Source of the DNA: Harriotta raleighana
Lineage: Eukaryota
Assembly (NCBI GenBank): GCA_050575255.1
Contig: JBNZDD010013670.1
Span: 310,001-374,000 of the forward strand
Direction: 5' to 3'
Length of the DNA: 64,000 nucleotides
Positions 35,501 to 45,777 of this stretch are shown here, piece by piece. The notes under the pieces are model-generated. The model was not told the DNA's origin. It worked only from the letters and a program-made list of their open reading frames with translations, and did not search any database. Position 1 is the first letter of the stretch, and each line of letters begins with the position of its first letter. Made by a program: the position numbers and the translations under genes.

Positions 35501-38500
35501 CCCTTTGTGAATCCTCTACATTTATCTTTTCTTCACGAGATCAACACAACTATATTATGATGGAAACATAAAAACAAAAAGGTTGCAGTTTATATGCAAT
35601 TTTTTGGTCAGTCAAATGTCTGGCAGATGCAGAAACTTGACAATGTGCTTATCAATATCCAAATCAAATGAAGTGTTCCACTTATGTTTGCAATCTACAC
35701 ATGAAAATATTCCTGAGGCTGAAATGGAATGTGCACTATCTTCCTGGAAGACCTTACACTACTTACTAATTCTGGAGAGTATTAGGCACATGTTGGCAAG
35801 AGTCAAGGCTTGAGGACACTAGAGTGTATATGTTGGAGTTGTGATTCAGTTTAACTAGCGAAGAATTGACAGCTTGCCAATGAAAGCACTATCTGACAAG
35901 CTTCCCATCACAGACCTATCTCAGGAACTGAGACTGGCACAGAATACTGTTTTGATTCCAATATTCTGTTGCCAAAACCTGTGCCAAGCTTAGTTCCAAG
36001 GAGACCCTGCTTACCTCCTTCCCCAAGAAGTATAATGATTGTTCATTATTTGTACTGCATAGTTTTATTGATGCCAATAACTGGTTGAACACACTTAACT
36101 GTTGGAACAGAGTTACAGATTTTACAGGGCCTGAGTGCTGAGTCATTTGAGTCATCAAAGAGTATGGGGATGTATATGGACGACACACAAATTACTTTGC
36201 CTCCTCGCGCAGTAATTCTGGGTCCATTGATGTTCTATCAGTGTGTCTGGCAGACATCAGGGCCTGGATGAGTGCAAACTTCTGGCAGCTGAATATGGAC
36301 AAGACTGAAGTCATACTTCTTGGCTCCCGTCCTTCCTGCGGTTCTAAACACTTCAACCTCTCTCGGCTCCCTCACACTCACTGAACCAATTTGCAATCTA
36401 GGTGTCCAGCTCAACCCCAAGATGTCCTTCCTCCCCACATCTGGTCCCTGATCAGAGCCGCCATCCTCCACCTCCGCCAAATAGCCCTCCTCCTCCAAAT
36501 GCAGCTGAATCCCTTGTGCGTGTGTTTGGCATCCTCAGCTTCACTATTCAAACGATCCAGCTCATTCAGAACTCTGCAGCCAGCAAATTTACCTGGACCA
36601 AACTCCATACCCACATCTCACAAGTTCTTGCCAGGTTCCACTGGCTCCCCATCACCAAACAAAATAGACTTCAAGATCCTCATTCTCATGTTCAAATCCC
36701 CACTCTCTGTCACTTCACTACCTCTCAAACCTCCTCACTCCCCAATCTATCAACCAGCACCTCCGCTTGATTGGCACCAGCCTACTCGGCTCTAGCATGN
36801 TCACTTCACTACCTCTCAAACCTCCTCACTCCTCACTCAACCAGCACCTCCGCTTGATTGGCACCAGCCTACTCGGCTCTAGCATGTTCCACCCTACCAT
36901 CAGAGGTCATGCTTTCAGTCACTGTGCCCCATAAATCTGGAACATTCTCCGTCAATCCCTCCGTCTTGCCCCCTCTCTCCCCTTTCTCAGCTGAAAACCT
37001 TCCTCTTCAACCGTGCTCCGCCATACGTTAGCTCTCTGAGATGCTACCCTGCATGGAGAGCACCATATAAGTGCAAGTTGTTGTTATTACAAAGTGCACA
37101 TACATAAATTACATGCATTATTTCTGTGTTTTCTCAATAAATTATTGGTTCTCATTAAGAAAAATAATATTCTCTGATCATTTACTTTCTCATTACAGTA
37201 ACAAATTGCCAAGCCGTGCAAATAACATTTGTGAAAACCATGACTTCCAACCAAACTGAACAATATGAAAAAGTAGATACATGGCAACTTAAGGATCTTA
37301 AGCTCTTGGATGGCAAAGAAGCGGACAAAGTGAGTTACTGGTCAAATTCACTTGTGTAAAAATTACAAGTGTAATTTTTTGTTGTTGTGTAAGGTGGCAT
37401 TTATTTTCTCACATTCATTGATTGCCTATTTTATAGATATATTTAGTTTCCTCTTAATAATTTATCAAGTTTTAAAGTTTACAAATTCGCATCAGCACCA
37501 CAGAATTTTGAAAAGACTGTGTGATGTACAAGACATTCTCTGGAGAAAATGCTCATTATCCTGTGCTTTGGCTTGCCAGTGTAGATAGAGAGCCAAAGAG
37601 CCTTTCAGACAATAATATATCTTCAAAATTCAATATCAGCAATTAATATCAGCTTGTATCACCTTCATGTATAAGAGTGAAATCATTACAAGTGGAATAC
37701 ACAGTAAAGCTCATATAAGTCTTATTTTTTATCAATCGTATAATTGCCTAAATTACAAATTCACTCAGGTTCCATTCAATTTCCTATCAAAACCACTTAG
37801 ATTTATTTGCACTACTTGTATTATTTACTTCCTGACTCACACCAGCATTCCCTTTATCCTCCATTGCTCCCACACTTACCGTCTGCCTTGAATCGAGGGA
37901 AGTAAAGTCTTCATTCGCCAACACATGACAGCTGTGCTTCATTTCCCCAATTCAATCCATACCGATTTCAATCCATACAGATAAATAGGTGGTAACATGT
38001 CAAGACATATTGAAACTCGGGAAATGTAATCTTGATCCATGCAAAATTATTGGCCGCAGTGACAAATTACCCCGTGCGCACTTCCTAGATGCATTAAATT
38101 ATGTGTGTGAGGTATAGATTATCAGATTGATTATCATGACTGATAGGACTTATGTGAGGTTTACTGTATTGTAAGGTAAATAAAAAATCTTTGTTCAGGA
38201 GCTAAGGAGATTGGAATCAACTCTGTAACAAATATGTTCTTGTTATAAAAGTCTTTCAGGATATAAATCCTCAGGTAAGTCTTTCACTTCTTCACTCAGA
38301 GTGAATTTATGGAATTCTCTACTCCAAAAGGCTGCAGATGCTCAGTCCTTAAACATGTTCAAGACTGAAATTGATAGATTTCTTATGGATAAAGGGATTA
38401 AGGGATATCGGGTAAAGGCGGGCAGGTGGAGTTAGATTAGAAGATCAGCCTTGATCTTATTGAATGGTGGGGCAGGCTCGAGGGGCCGAATGGCCTACTC

Positions 38501-40321
38501 CTGCTCCTTATTCTTATGAAAACCAGTGAGAAAGAGTAATCTTATATTATTTCAGATTGAACCTGTTCAGTAATGACGGTTGTTATATTGGCATGAGTCT
38601 AATTCATTCCATACAAATTCATTGCCCAATTAAAGTCTGCTCTGTCAGTAAAAACTTTCATTATAACCATTAACTGTAGTGTTGACAGAGCTAACTGAGA
38701 CCTACATTGGAACCTATTAAGTATCATTGAATATACTTATAGATATAAGTAGATAACTAAATTGGGATATCTGGATTTTGTATTAATATTCATGGGACAC
38801 CTTGGTTAACAATTTTGAAGCATGCATTGTTGCTAATGCAGTTACTCTGTTTTTAGTGAGGCTATAAATGGAAGGAAACACAATCTCTCCTTTCCTGATT
38901 ATTTCCCTTGACAGCACTTGTGCCCTGGGCACTGTGCCTTTATTGGGGCTGAGTAGGTCAATGTTACTCTTACCAAGCTATAAGGAGTTCATAGAATCAT
39001 AGAATTGTACAGCACAGAAGGAGCCCATTCGGCCCATCATGTCTGTACAGGATCTTTGAAAAGAGCTGTCCAAATCAATCTCACTCTGGCGCTCTCTCCC
39101 TATAGTCCTGCAAACATGTCCTCCCCAAATAATTATCTACTTCTCGCTTAAAATTTATTATCGAATCGGCTTTTCAGGCCACACATTTCGGATCTAAACA
39201 ACTCGCTTTGTGAAAAAAATTATCCTCACCTCCCCTCTGTTTCGTTTAACAACTATTTTAAATCGATGTCCTCAAGTTACCAACCTACTTTCCAGTGCAA
39301 ATAGTTTCTCCTATCGAATACCCTCATGATTTTGAAAAGCTTCATTAAGTCTGCTCTAAACTGTCTCTGCTCTTGTCTGGAGAATAATCCTAGCTTGTCG
39401 GCCTTCCGAATTCCTCCCTCCACAGGCTGCAAATAAACCGTGTCCGCTAACATTCCCATCTCCGTGACTCCATCTCCCCCATCCTTGCCCGACTCCATTG
39501 GCTCCCCATCATCCAGAGGATCCAATTCAAGATCCTGGTCCGCACATTTAAAGCCCTCCACAACCTCGCCCACCCTATATCCGTGACCTCCTATCCCCTT
39601 ACCAACTTGTCCGTCCATCCGCTCAGCAGACTTTGGCCTGCTCCGTGTCCTCCAACCCACCCGCCCAACCAATAGTGGACAAGCCTTTAGCCACTCTGCC
39701 CCCAATCTCTGGAATTCCATCCTGCAGTCCCTCCGCCCGCCCCCTCCCTGGCCTCCTTCAAGACTCTCCTCTTCGATGGACCCATTGGCAACTCCTAATC
39801 GCCCCCTTCTCTCCGCGCCCCCTGTCCTCAGCTCAGGTCTGAAGCTGTGACTGTCCAGAGCATTGGGACATCCTCCTAACGTGAAAGGTGCTATAAAAGT
39901 GTAATTTTGTTGTTGTTGTTGTAGCTTCTCTCTAGTAATATTTTATTTCTAAAAGGAACCTCCTCTAACTATGTATAAATAATAATAATAAATATTATTA
40001 TTTATTATTTCTATATATTATTTTTATATATATATTTATAACTCCCCTTTACTTAATTTATAGGATGATCCACACTTTGAGATGCATTTTGACAAAATTT
40101 ACAACTGGGAAGCGTCAAGTACAGCCTCCAAATATGCATTTGTCCGATGTTTACTGGAGCTCAATAATATCTACTTTGGGGAGAAGATTGCTTTCGTAAA
40201 TTTTGACACCGATTACTTATATGAGAACAATGCCACCTTCAACAGAGGGGACTGTTTGCTTGCCATGAATATGTGTGTGCTGTATTTTTGTAACTGTGTT
40301 TGCTTGTCTCTATGTAAATGA
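32401..40321 (+). CDS. EXOC1L: Exocyst complex component 1-like; complete 3-exon CDS, 171 aa (stand-alone Sec3 N-terminal PH-like domain plus Cys-rich tail)
   Basis: Exons 32401-32527, 37199-37329 and 40064-40321 total 516 nt. Protein MSALLRDELKKKMFKP...RYYLCTSVT...[35 protein letters not shown]...VNFD...DCL...VCLSLCK* matches recalled vertebrate EXOC1L. It lies directly upstream of EXOC1, as in other vertebrates. Confidence 0.92.
36200..37085 (+). mobile_element. L2 LINE fragment in EXOC1L intron 1
   Basis: NFWQLNMDKTEVIL, IQLIQNSAA, FHWLPI..IDFKIL; L2 tail. A further L2 3' end lies at ~34935-35200. Confidence 0.8.
37199..37329 (+). CDS. EXOC1L: EXOC1L coding exon 2
   Basis: Acceptor ttctcattacag|, 131 nt, VTNCQAVQITFVK...WQLKDLKLLDGKEADK, donor |GTGAGT. 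Confidence 0.9.
38990..39922. mobile_element. CR1 3' fragment (-, ~38990-39390) abutting an L2 3' fragment (+, ~39392-39922)
   Basis: catagaatcataga CR1 tail with KLGLFS..RADLMKLFKIM; L2 ends in (TTG)n. Another CR1 3' end (+) lies at ~38290-38518. Confidence 0.8.
40064..40321 (+). CDS. EXOC1L: EXOC1L coding exon 3 (terminal)
   Basis: Acceptor taatttatag|, [19 protein letters not shown]...CVCLSLCK, stop TGA ending at 40321. Confidence 0.92.
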   Translation, partial: [85 protein letters not shown]

Positions 40322-40933
40322 AAATTGCACAATGTGCTTAAATGGATTTGTACACTCCCTCTGTCAATATCTTGATAATAGGGTTTAATTCTTTTAAATA
40401 CCAAATGGTTTTTTTGCTTCTAAGAATCAACTATGTTTCCATTTATGGCTTAACAATTTACCAAACACAACTGAAAATTACAAACATAAATTAACGAGCA
40501 CCAGAGTTGAGTATTTAGATACAGTATATTCATTTGGATTCTTCCCATTTCTTTCCCAGAAAGATCAATTATCTGAATATAGATCAAAAGCCCAGAAAAA
40601 AAACACTAATATAGAATGCAAAATCAATGGAAAATGCTTCCTAGATATTCAGAGAGTCTTGGAGGCAGATGGGTCTTTCAGATAACTATAGAGAAAGATT
40701 GGACAGCTCAGATAAGCCATCGCTAAATACTGTATGTATTCTTCTGCATAATATTTACTCTCTGGTTTGCAAAGTTCCTAGTTGGTTGTTGTTGTTGGTT
40801 CTAAAATACAATTTCACTTCTGTGGAATGGGCATTAGCTGAAAAATTGTTCAATTAAGGATACCCTGTACTATTTTCATAAAGGGACTAGTGCACCTGAA
40901 TATCGAAAATCCAAGCAGGTCAAAATTATGATA

Positions 40934-41692
40934 CAGTTAACCCTCGTCGATTGCAGGGTTATGTTCCTGGAAAACTGCGCACTCAGCAAAATCGCGTTGG
41001 AGAAGCTTAAGAAGTAATGGGAAAAGGGGGGTTAGGGGAATCCAGTCGCAGGTTACCCACCTCAAGCCTCCAAGCACATCTGATGCAAGGTACCTACTGA
41101 GCCGGGCTACAGCTGGCTGGCCTGCTCCTCGCTCCGCCACCTTTCCCCGCTCTTGTTGCTCCTCGCCCCACTCTTCCTGCTCTCGTCTCTCCTACCAACC
41201 AGGAAGTGGGCAAATCAGGGGGAACCCGGGAGAGAGACAGAGAGAAATTGGGGAGAGCGGCGGGCGGGCGGGGGAGGGAAAAGAGAACCGCTCGGAGATG
41301 GGGGGGGCGGGACTCGCTGAGGTGCGGGTCAGCAAGCTGATTGGGGACGCGGGGGGACTCACTGAGGTGCAGGCGAGCAAGCCAATCAGGCGGAGGGACT
41401 TGCGTAAGTGTGGGCCAGTGAGTTGATCGGTGAGGGGTTGGGGGGAGAAATCATTGAGGTGCGAGCTGCTCGGAGAGTGCTGGGGACGGGAGACACAGAA
41501 AGGTTACAGCGGCTTTGTTATCGCTTTATGGCTATGCCATTGCTTTTATACATTTCACTAATTTGGCATGTTGTATGATATTCAGCATTAATAATACACT
41601 CTTTATTAAACATTAACCAATTTCTATCAGAAAAAATGTGAATAATCAAATCTGTATTGATATCAATGTAACTAAATCAAAGGCATTCTCTG
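40934..41692. mobile_element. Tigger/pogo-like non-autonomous DNA transposon, right end degenerate
   Basis: TA|CAGTTAACCCTCGTCGATTGCAGGGTTATGTTCCTGGAAAAC left end typical of Tigger-type elements; GC-rich interior; right TIR only weakly recognisable. Confidence 0.5.
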
Positions 41693-42605
41693 CCAGTCTG
41701 CATCTCCATATTAATATCCTATTGCGGGGGCGTGGGATTGTTTGGTTAGCTCTTTTCAAAGAGCTGGCATAGACATTATAGGCTGAATGGCCTCCTTCTG
41801 TGCTGTATAATTCTATGATTCCTTGAGCATCACATCCACCATATCCATGTGTACAGCATCACATCCACACAATTGTTTATAGTACATTCAAAGAAATCAT
41901 AAATTGATATTATTCTTTTCTTACTCTCTGAAAGCTTTTCATTTTAGCTGTTTCGCCTCTTGACTATTGCTTCTTGAAATACTTATTTGCCAAGTCTTCA
42001 AATTCATTGTAGCATCTTTCAAACTACATCAGATTTTTGCTATGAAAAATGTGTAATATTGCTGCTATCTATCTCTGCATGATACTCCACCAGATCTATC
42101 ACTAATTATGTACTAACTGTAGTTGTCTCCTTATTTGCATGAAATTTGGAATTTGAATGATTGTATGAAATTAAAGAATACATATACACTATATTCACAA
42201 AATCTAATTAATTCAAAACTCTACCACATAGAACCTTGTCCCAGTCCTTTCCTTCCTTTCCAAACTCCGCAGGTTCCTATTGCAGAACGGATCAATTTCA
42301 AGATTCTCACACTGGCTTCATGTCCTGGCTCCTCCTTACCTACTCCTTCTCCCACCCACTTCGCTCAGCTGGCTCTAGCCTCTGCAAATCCGTTTCACCG
42401 TCGGGGGCTGTGCTTTGAAGCTCTCTGTCTCAGTCCCTCTGCCTTGGCCTTTCTTCCATGTTCAGATCACACCTGAAGAAGATCACATTATTTTCTGCAA
42501 CCATTCTATGGTAACTACCTCTCTCTCTGGCTCAGCCTCAAGCTCCACCACTGTTAAGCTCTCAGACAATATCAATGCAGGTTGTTATCATTTTACAACA
42601 GAAGT

Positions 42606-42890
42606 GGAGCTCCTGTAGCTCAGTGGTTAGAGCACCCACCTTACAAGCGTGAGACCTGTGTTCAAATCTAGGCAGATCAGGGTGAAACCTTGGGCAAGTT
42701 TTCTTACTCCACATGCCTAATAACAATCTGTCCTAATAAATATTGTTCATTTCAATCCACGACTGTTTGTGGCTGCCACGTTTCTCCCAATAAATTTACA
42801 ATCAATTCACTTTACAATATATTCTGCAAAGTGCTTTGAGTCGTTGATAAGATGTGAAAAGCGCATCAAATGCAAATATTATTATTACAT
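42606..42890 (+). mobile_element. tRNA-derived SINE
   Basis: ggagctcctgtagctcagtggttagagc...gttcaaatc head plus the family tail. Confidence 0.82.
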
Positions 42891-43670
42891 ACAACTATGG
42901 AAAGTACAAAGGAACACAGCATCAATTTTTATCAGTCAAGACTTGGATTGTGTCAGGATTGTCGTGTGGATTCCTAAGAATATATAAAAAATATTTAGAG
43001 CAGAAGACTATTAGATCCAATAAGCCTGTCTATTTTGAATTGATTCTCTTCCAGAACCTAAAAAAGGTCTCCCAAACTTTTATATTTTCCCTTTCTTTAT
43101 GTTAAGCATATTTTTGAGCATATTCATAGGGGGAAAGGGGAGAAGCGGAAACATGTTCCATCCCCAGAGAATAGCACTCCACTCAGACCCAATGAAAGGT
43201 TTATATATGACTAATTTACTAAACACTACATCTATGTTGGAAGCCTGAATTATACACTCGGAGGGACAATTCTACCATTCGGATTGTATTGCATTTGGAT
43301 TTGTCATACATTCTTGGCATTTCAGAGTAGTTGGAAAACTCATGTATCATGTCTTACCTTTAATCCGGTTACCTGTAGCGTGCATGAAAAGACTTTTAAA
43401 AAAATATTATTGATAATAATTCTTGCATTTGATATAGAGCTTTATTTAAATGTTGCACAGGGTAAACTGTAGAGCGAATTGACCGTATATTTTGTTGCCG
43501 AAAGATTAACAACCACAAACATAACAAAGTCGCATTTTTTAAAAACAGTGCCGTTCACTTTGGGAGGACATCGCGAGGCGTTGGGATTTAAGGATTTGCT
43601 AAATCCAGTCTGCATTCAAAAGTCAAGGGATTTGCTAAATCCTGTCTGCATTCAAAAGCCAAGGAATAAG

Positions 43671-43991
43671 GACATAAGAATTAGGAGCAGGAATAGGCCA
43701 TTCGGCCCTTCGAGCCTGCCCAGCTATTCAATAAGATCATGATCTTCTGACCTAACTCTAATTATCTGCTCTATCCCCATATGCCCTAATCCCTCTATTT
43801 AAAAAAAATCTTAGCAGTCTCAGCCTTGAAAATGTTCAAGGGCTGAGCATCTATAGCCTTCTGGGGTAGTGAATTCCTCTGAGTGAAGAAATGTTTCCTC
43901 AACTCTGTTCTAAAAGGCTGACCCTTAATTTTAAGACTGTGACCCCTGGTTACAGATTCTCCTACCAGGGGAAACAGTCCCTCAGTGTCTA
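43671..43991 (-). mobile_element. CR1 3' fragment almost identical to 30552-30880
   Basis: [55 protein letters not shown] occurs in both copies. Confidence 0.9.
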
Positions 43992-44099
43992 AGGGACCAA
44001 AACTGAGACAGAATAGATAGTCAGGGTGAGTGCAGCAGGTCAGAGCAGGTGCTGACAGCCAGCCAGAAGCCAGCTGGTGCCCAGTAGGGGGAGCCCTCA

Positions 44100-44330
44100 C
44101 CCCAGCCTGGCACGGGCTTTGCCAGCATCAATGATGGCGGCGCTCTAGTTATCACAGTGTGAGGTGGACGGGGATTGAAGCTGCCCGTACCAGCCGGAAG
44201 CGGAAGTCTTGGTGAGTGGGGATATTGATCGGCGGCCTGAAATGCGCGAAACCAGCCGTTTGACAGTGATTCCCTGAGAGGGGGGCGGGGGGGCAGCCAG
44301 GCCGCAACAGCACAGCCTCCAGGTGAAGGG
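44100..44330 (+). promoter_or_regulatory. EXOC1: Probable EXOC1 CpG-island promoter and non-coding first exon (donor after 44211)
   Basis: CpG/GC-rich patch with a YY1-like GATGGCGGC (~44133-44141), tandem ETS/GABP sites CCGGAAGCGGAAGT (44194-44207) and a consensus donor G|GTGAGT at 44212. The ATG exon has its own acceptor at 45645, so an upstream exon is required. Confidence 0.7.
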
Positions 44331-44333
44331 GGA

Positions 44334-45165
44334 CCTGGTGACAGTGGTTTGGGGGGGGGGGGCGGCTGGGNNNNNNNNNNNNNNNNNNNNNNNNNNNNNN
44401 NNNNNNNNNNNNNNNNNNNNNNNNNNNNNNNNNNNNNNNNNNNNNNNNNNNNNNNNNNNNNNNNNNNNNNNNNNNNNNNNNNNNNNNNNNNNNNNNNNNN
44501 NNNNNNNNNNNNNNNNNNNNNNNNNNNNNNNNNNNNNNNNNNNNNNNNNNNNNNNNNNNNNNNNNNNNNNNNNNNNNNNNNNNNNNNNNNNNNNNNNNNN
44601 NNNNNNNNNNNNNNNNNNNNNNNNNNNNNNNNNNNNNNNNNNNNNNNNNNNNNNNNNNNNNNNNNNNNNNNNNNNNNNNNNNNNNNNNNNNNNNNNNNNN
44701 NNNNNNNNNNNNNNNNNNNNNNNNNNNNNNNNNNNNNNNNNNNNNNNNNNNNNNNNNNNNNNNNNNNNNNNNNNNNNNNNNNNNNNNNNNNNNNNNNNNN
44801 NNNNNNNNNNNNNNNNNNNNNNNNNNNNNNNNNNNNNNNNNNNNNNNNNNNNNNNNNNNNNNNNNNNNNNNNNNNNNNNNNNNNNNNNNNNNNNNNNNNN
44901 NNNNNNNNNNNNNNNNNNNNNNNNNNNNNNNNNNNNNNNNNNNNNNNNNNNNNNNNNNNNNNNNNNNNNNNNNNNNNNNNNNNNNNNNNNNNNNNNNNNN
45001 NCTGGGAGCTGGTGACAGTGGTTTGGGGGGTGGGGGACTGGGAGCTGGTGACAGTGGTTTGGGGGAGGGGGCGGACTGGGAGCTGGTGACAGTGGTTTGG
45101 GGGGTGGGGGACTGGGAGCTGGTGACAGTGGTTTGGGGGGTGGGGTGGCTCAGACCTGGTGACAA
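44334..45165 (+). repeat. G-rich minisatellite (36-38-bp unit) in EXOC1 intron 1, largely unresolved (N gap 44371-45001)
   Basis: Unit CTGGGAGCTGGTGACAGTGGTTTGGGGGGTGGGGGA starts at 45002, 45038, 45076 and 45112, and also appears left of the gap. Confidence 0.88.
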
Positions 45166-45653
45166 TAGATTGGAACATTTAACGCAGTCAAACGTTTTAA
45201 AATAATTGCAAGTTGTCTTGGTTTTTATTCAGCTTGTTACCACAGAGCAGAATGCCATGAAACTTGACTTGCATGTAACCAGATTGCTGATTGCTTTGGA
45301 AATAGAGTTAAGAATTAAACTTTTTATAATTTTCGGAATGAACCTAGATATTGACAAACATTAATTGTTTTAGGAATATATTTGCGGATTTGATTTTTAT
45401 ATTGTTGCAAGCCTATGAAAGACTGAGTGAGAACTTGATGTTATCAAAATTAGTTCGTCAAACAGCAATTACCTGACATTTATTGAGGGTTCTTTGCTGA
45501 CTTCAAATGAATATGAAATTAGTTATGAATCAACAACTTATTGGGGAAAAAGCATGATTTCAATCCAATGTGTCTTCAGTTTTTTTTAACATGATCTACT
45601 GCTGGAAAAAAACACTGATAATTCATGTGAAATTTTATTTATCAGCCTTCAAA

Positions 45654-45777
45654 ATGACTGCGATCAAGCATGCTTTGCAAAGAGATATCTTCACTCCAAA
45701 TGATGAACGATTGCTCAGCATTGTTAATGTCTGTAAAGCGGGCAAGAAAAAGAAAAACTGCTTTCTGTGTGCTACAG
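45654..45777 (+). CDS. EXOC1: EXOC1 first coding exon
   Basis: Exon starts 45646 after atcag|; ATG 45654; [41 protein letters not shown]; donor G|GTACAT. Confidence 0.96.

Noticed and set aside
36711-36886. Tandem duplication of about 88 bp around the single N at 36800
   Set aside because: A duplicate on either side of a 1-N join is the usual sign of unmerged overlapping contig ends, so probably an assembly artefact.
43591-43664. 36-bp tandem duplication beside the CR1 tail; similar small duplications at ~34121-34161, ~1562-1597 and ~50026-50080
   Set aside because: Ordinary two-copy slippage duplications with no sign of function.
44021-45205. Long ORFs of 230-385 aa in the ORF track
   Set aside because: They consist of the N gap plus translated minisatellite, not a protein.
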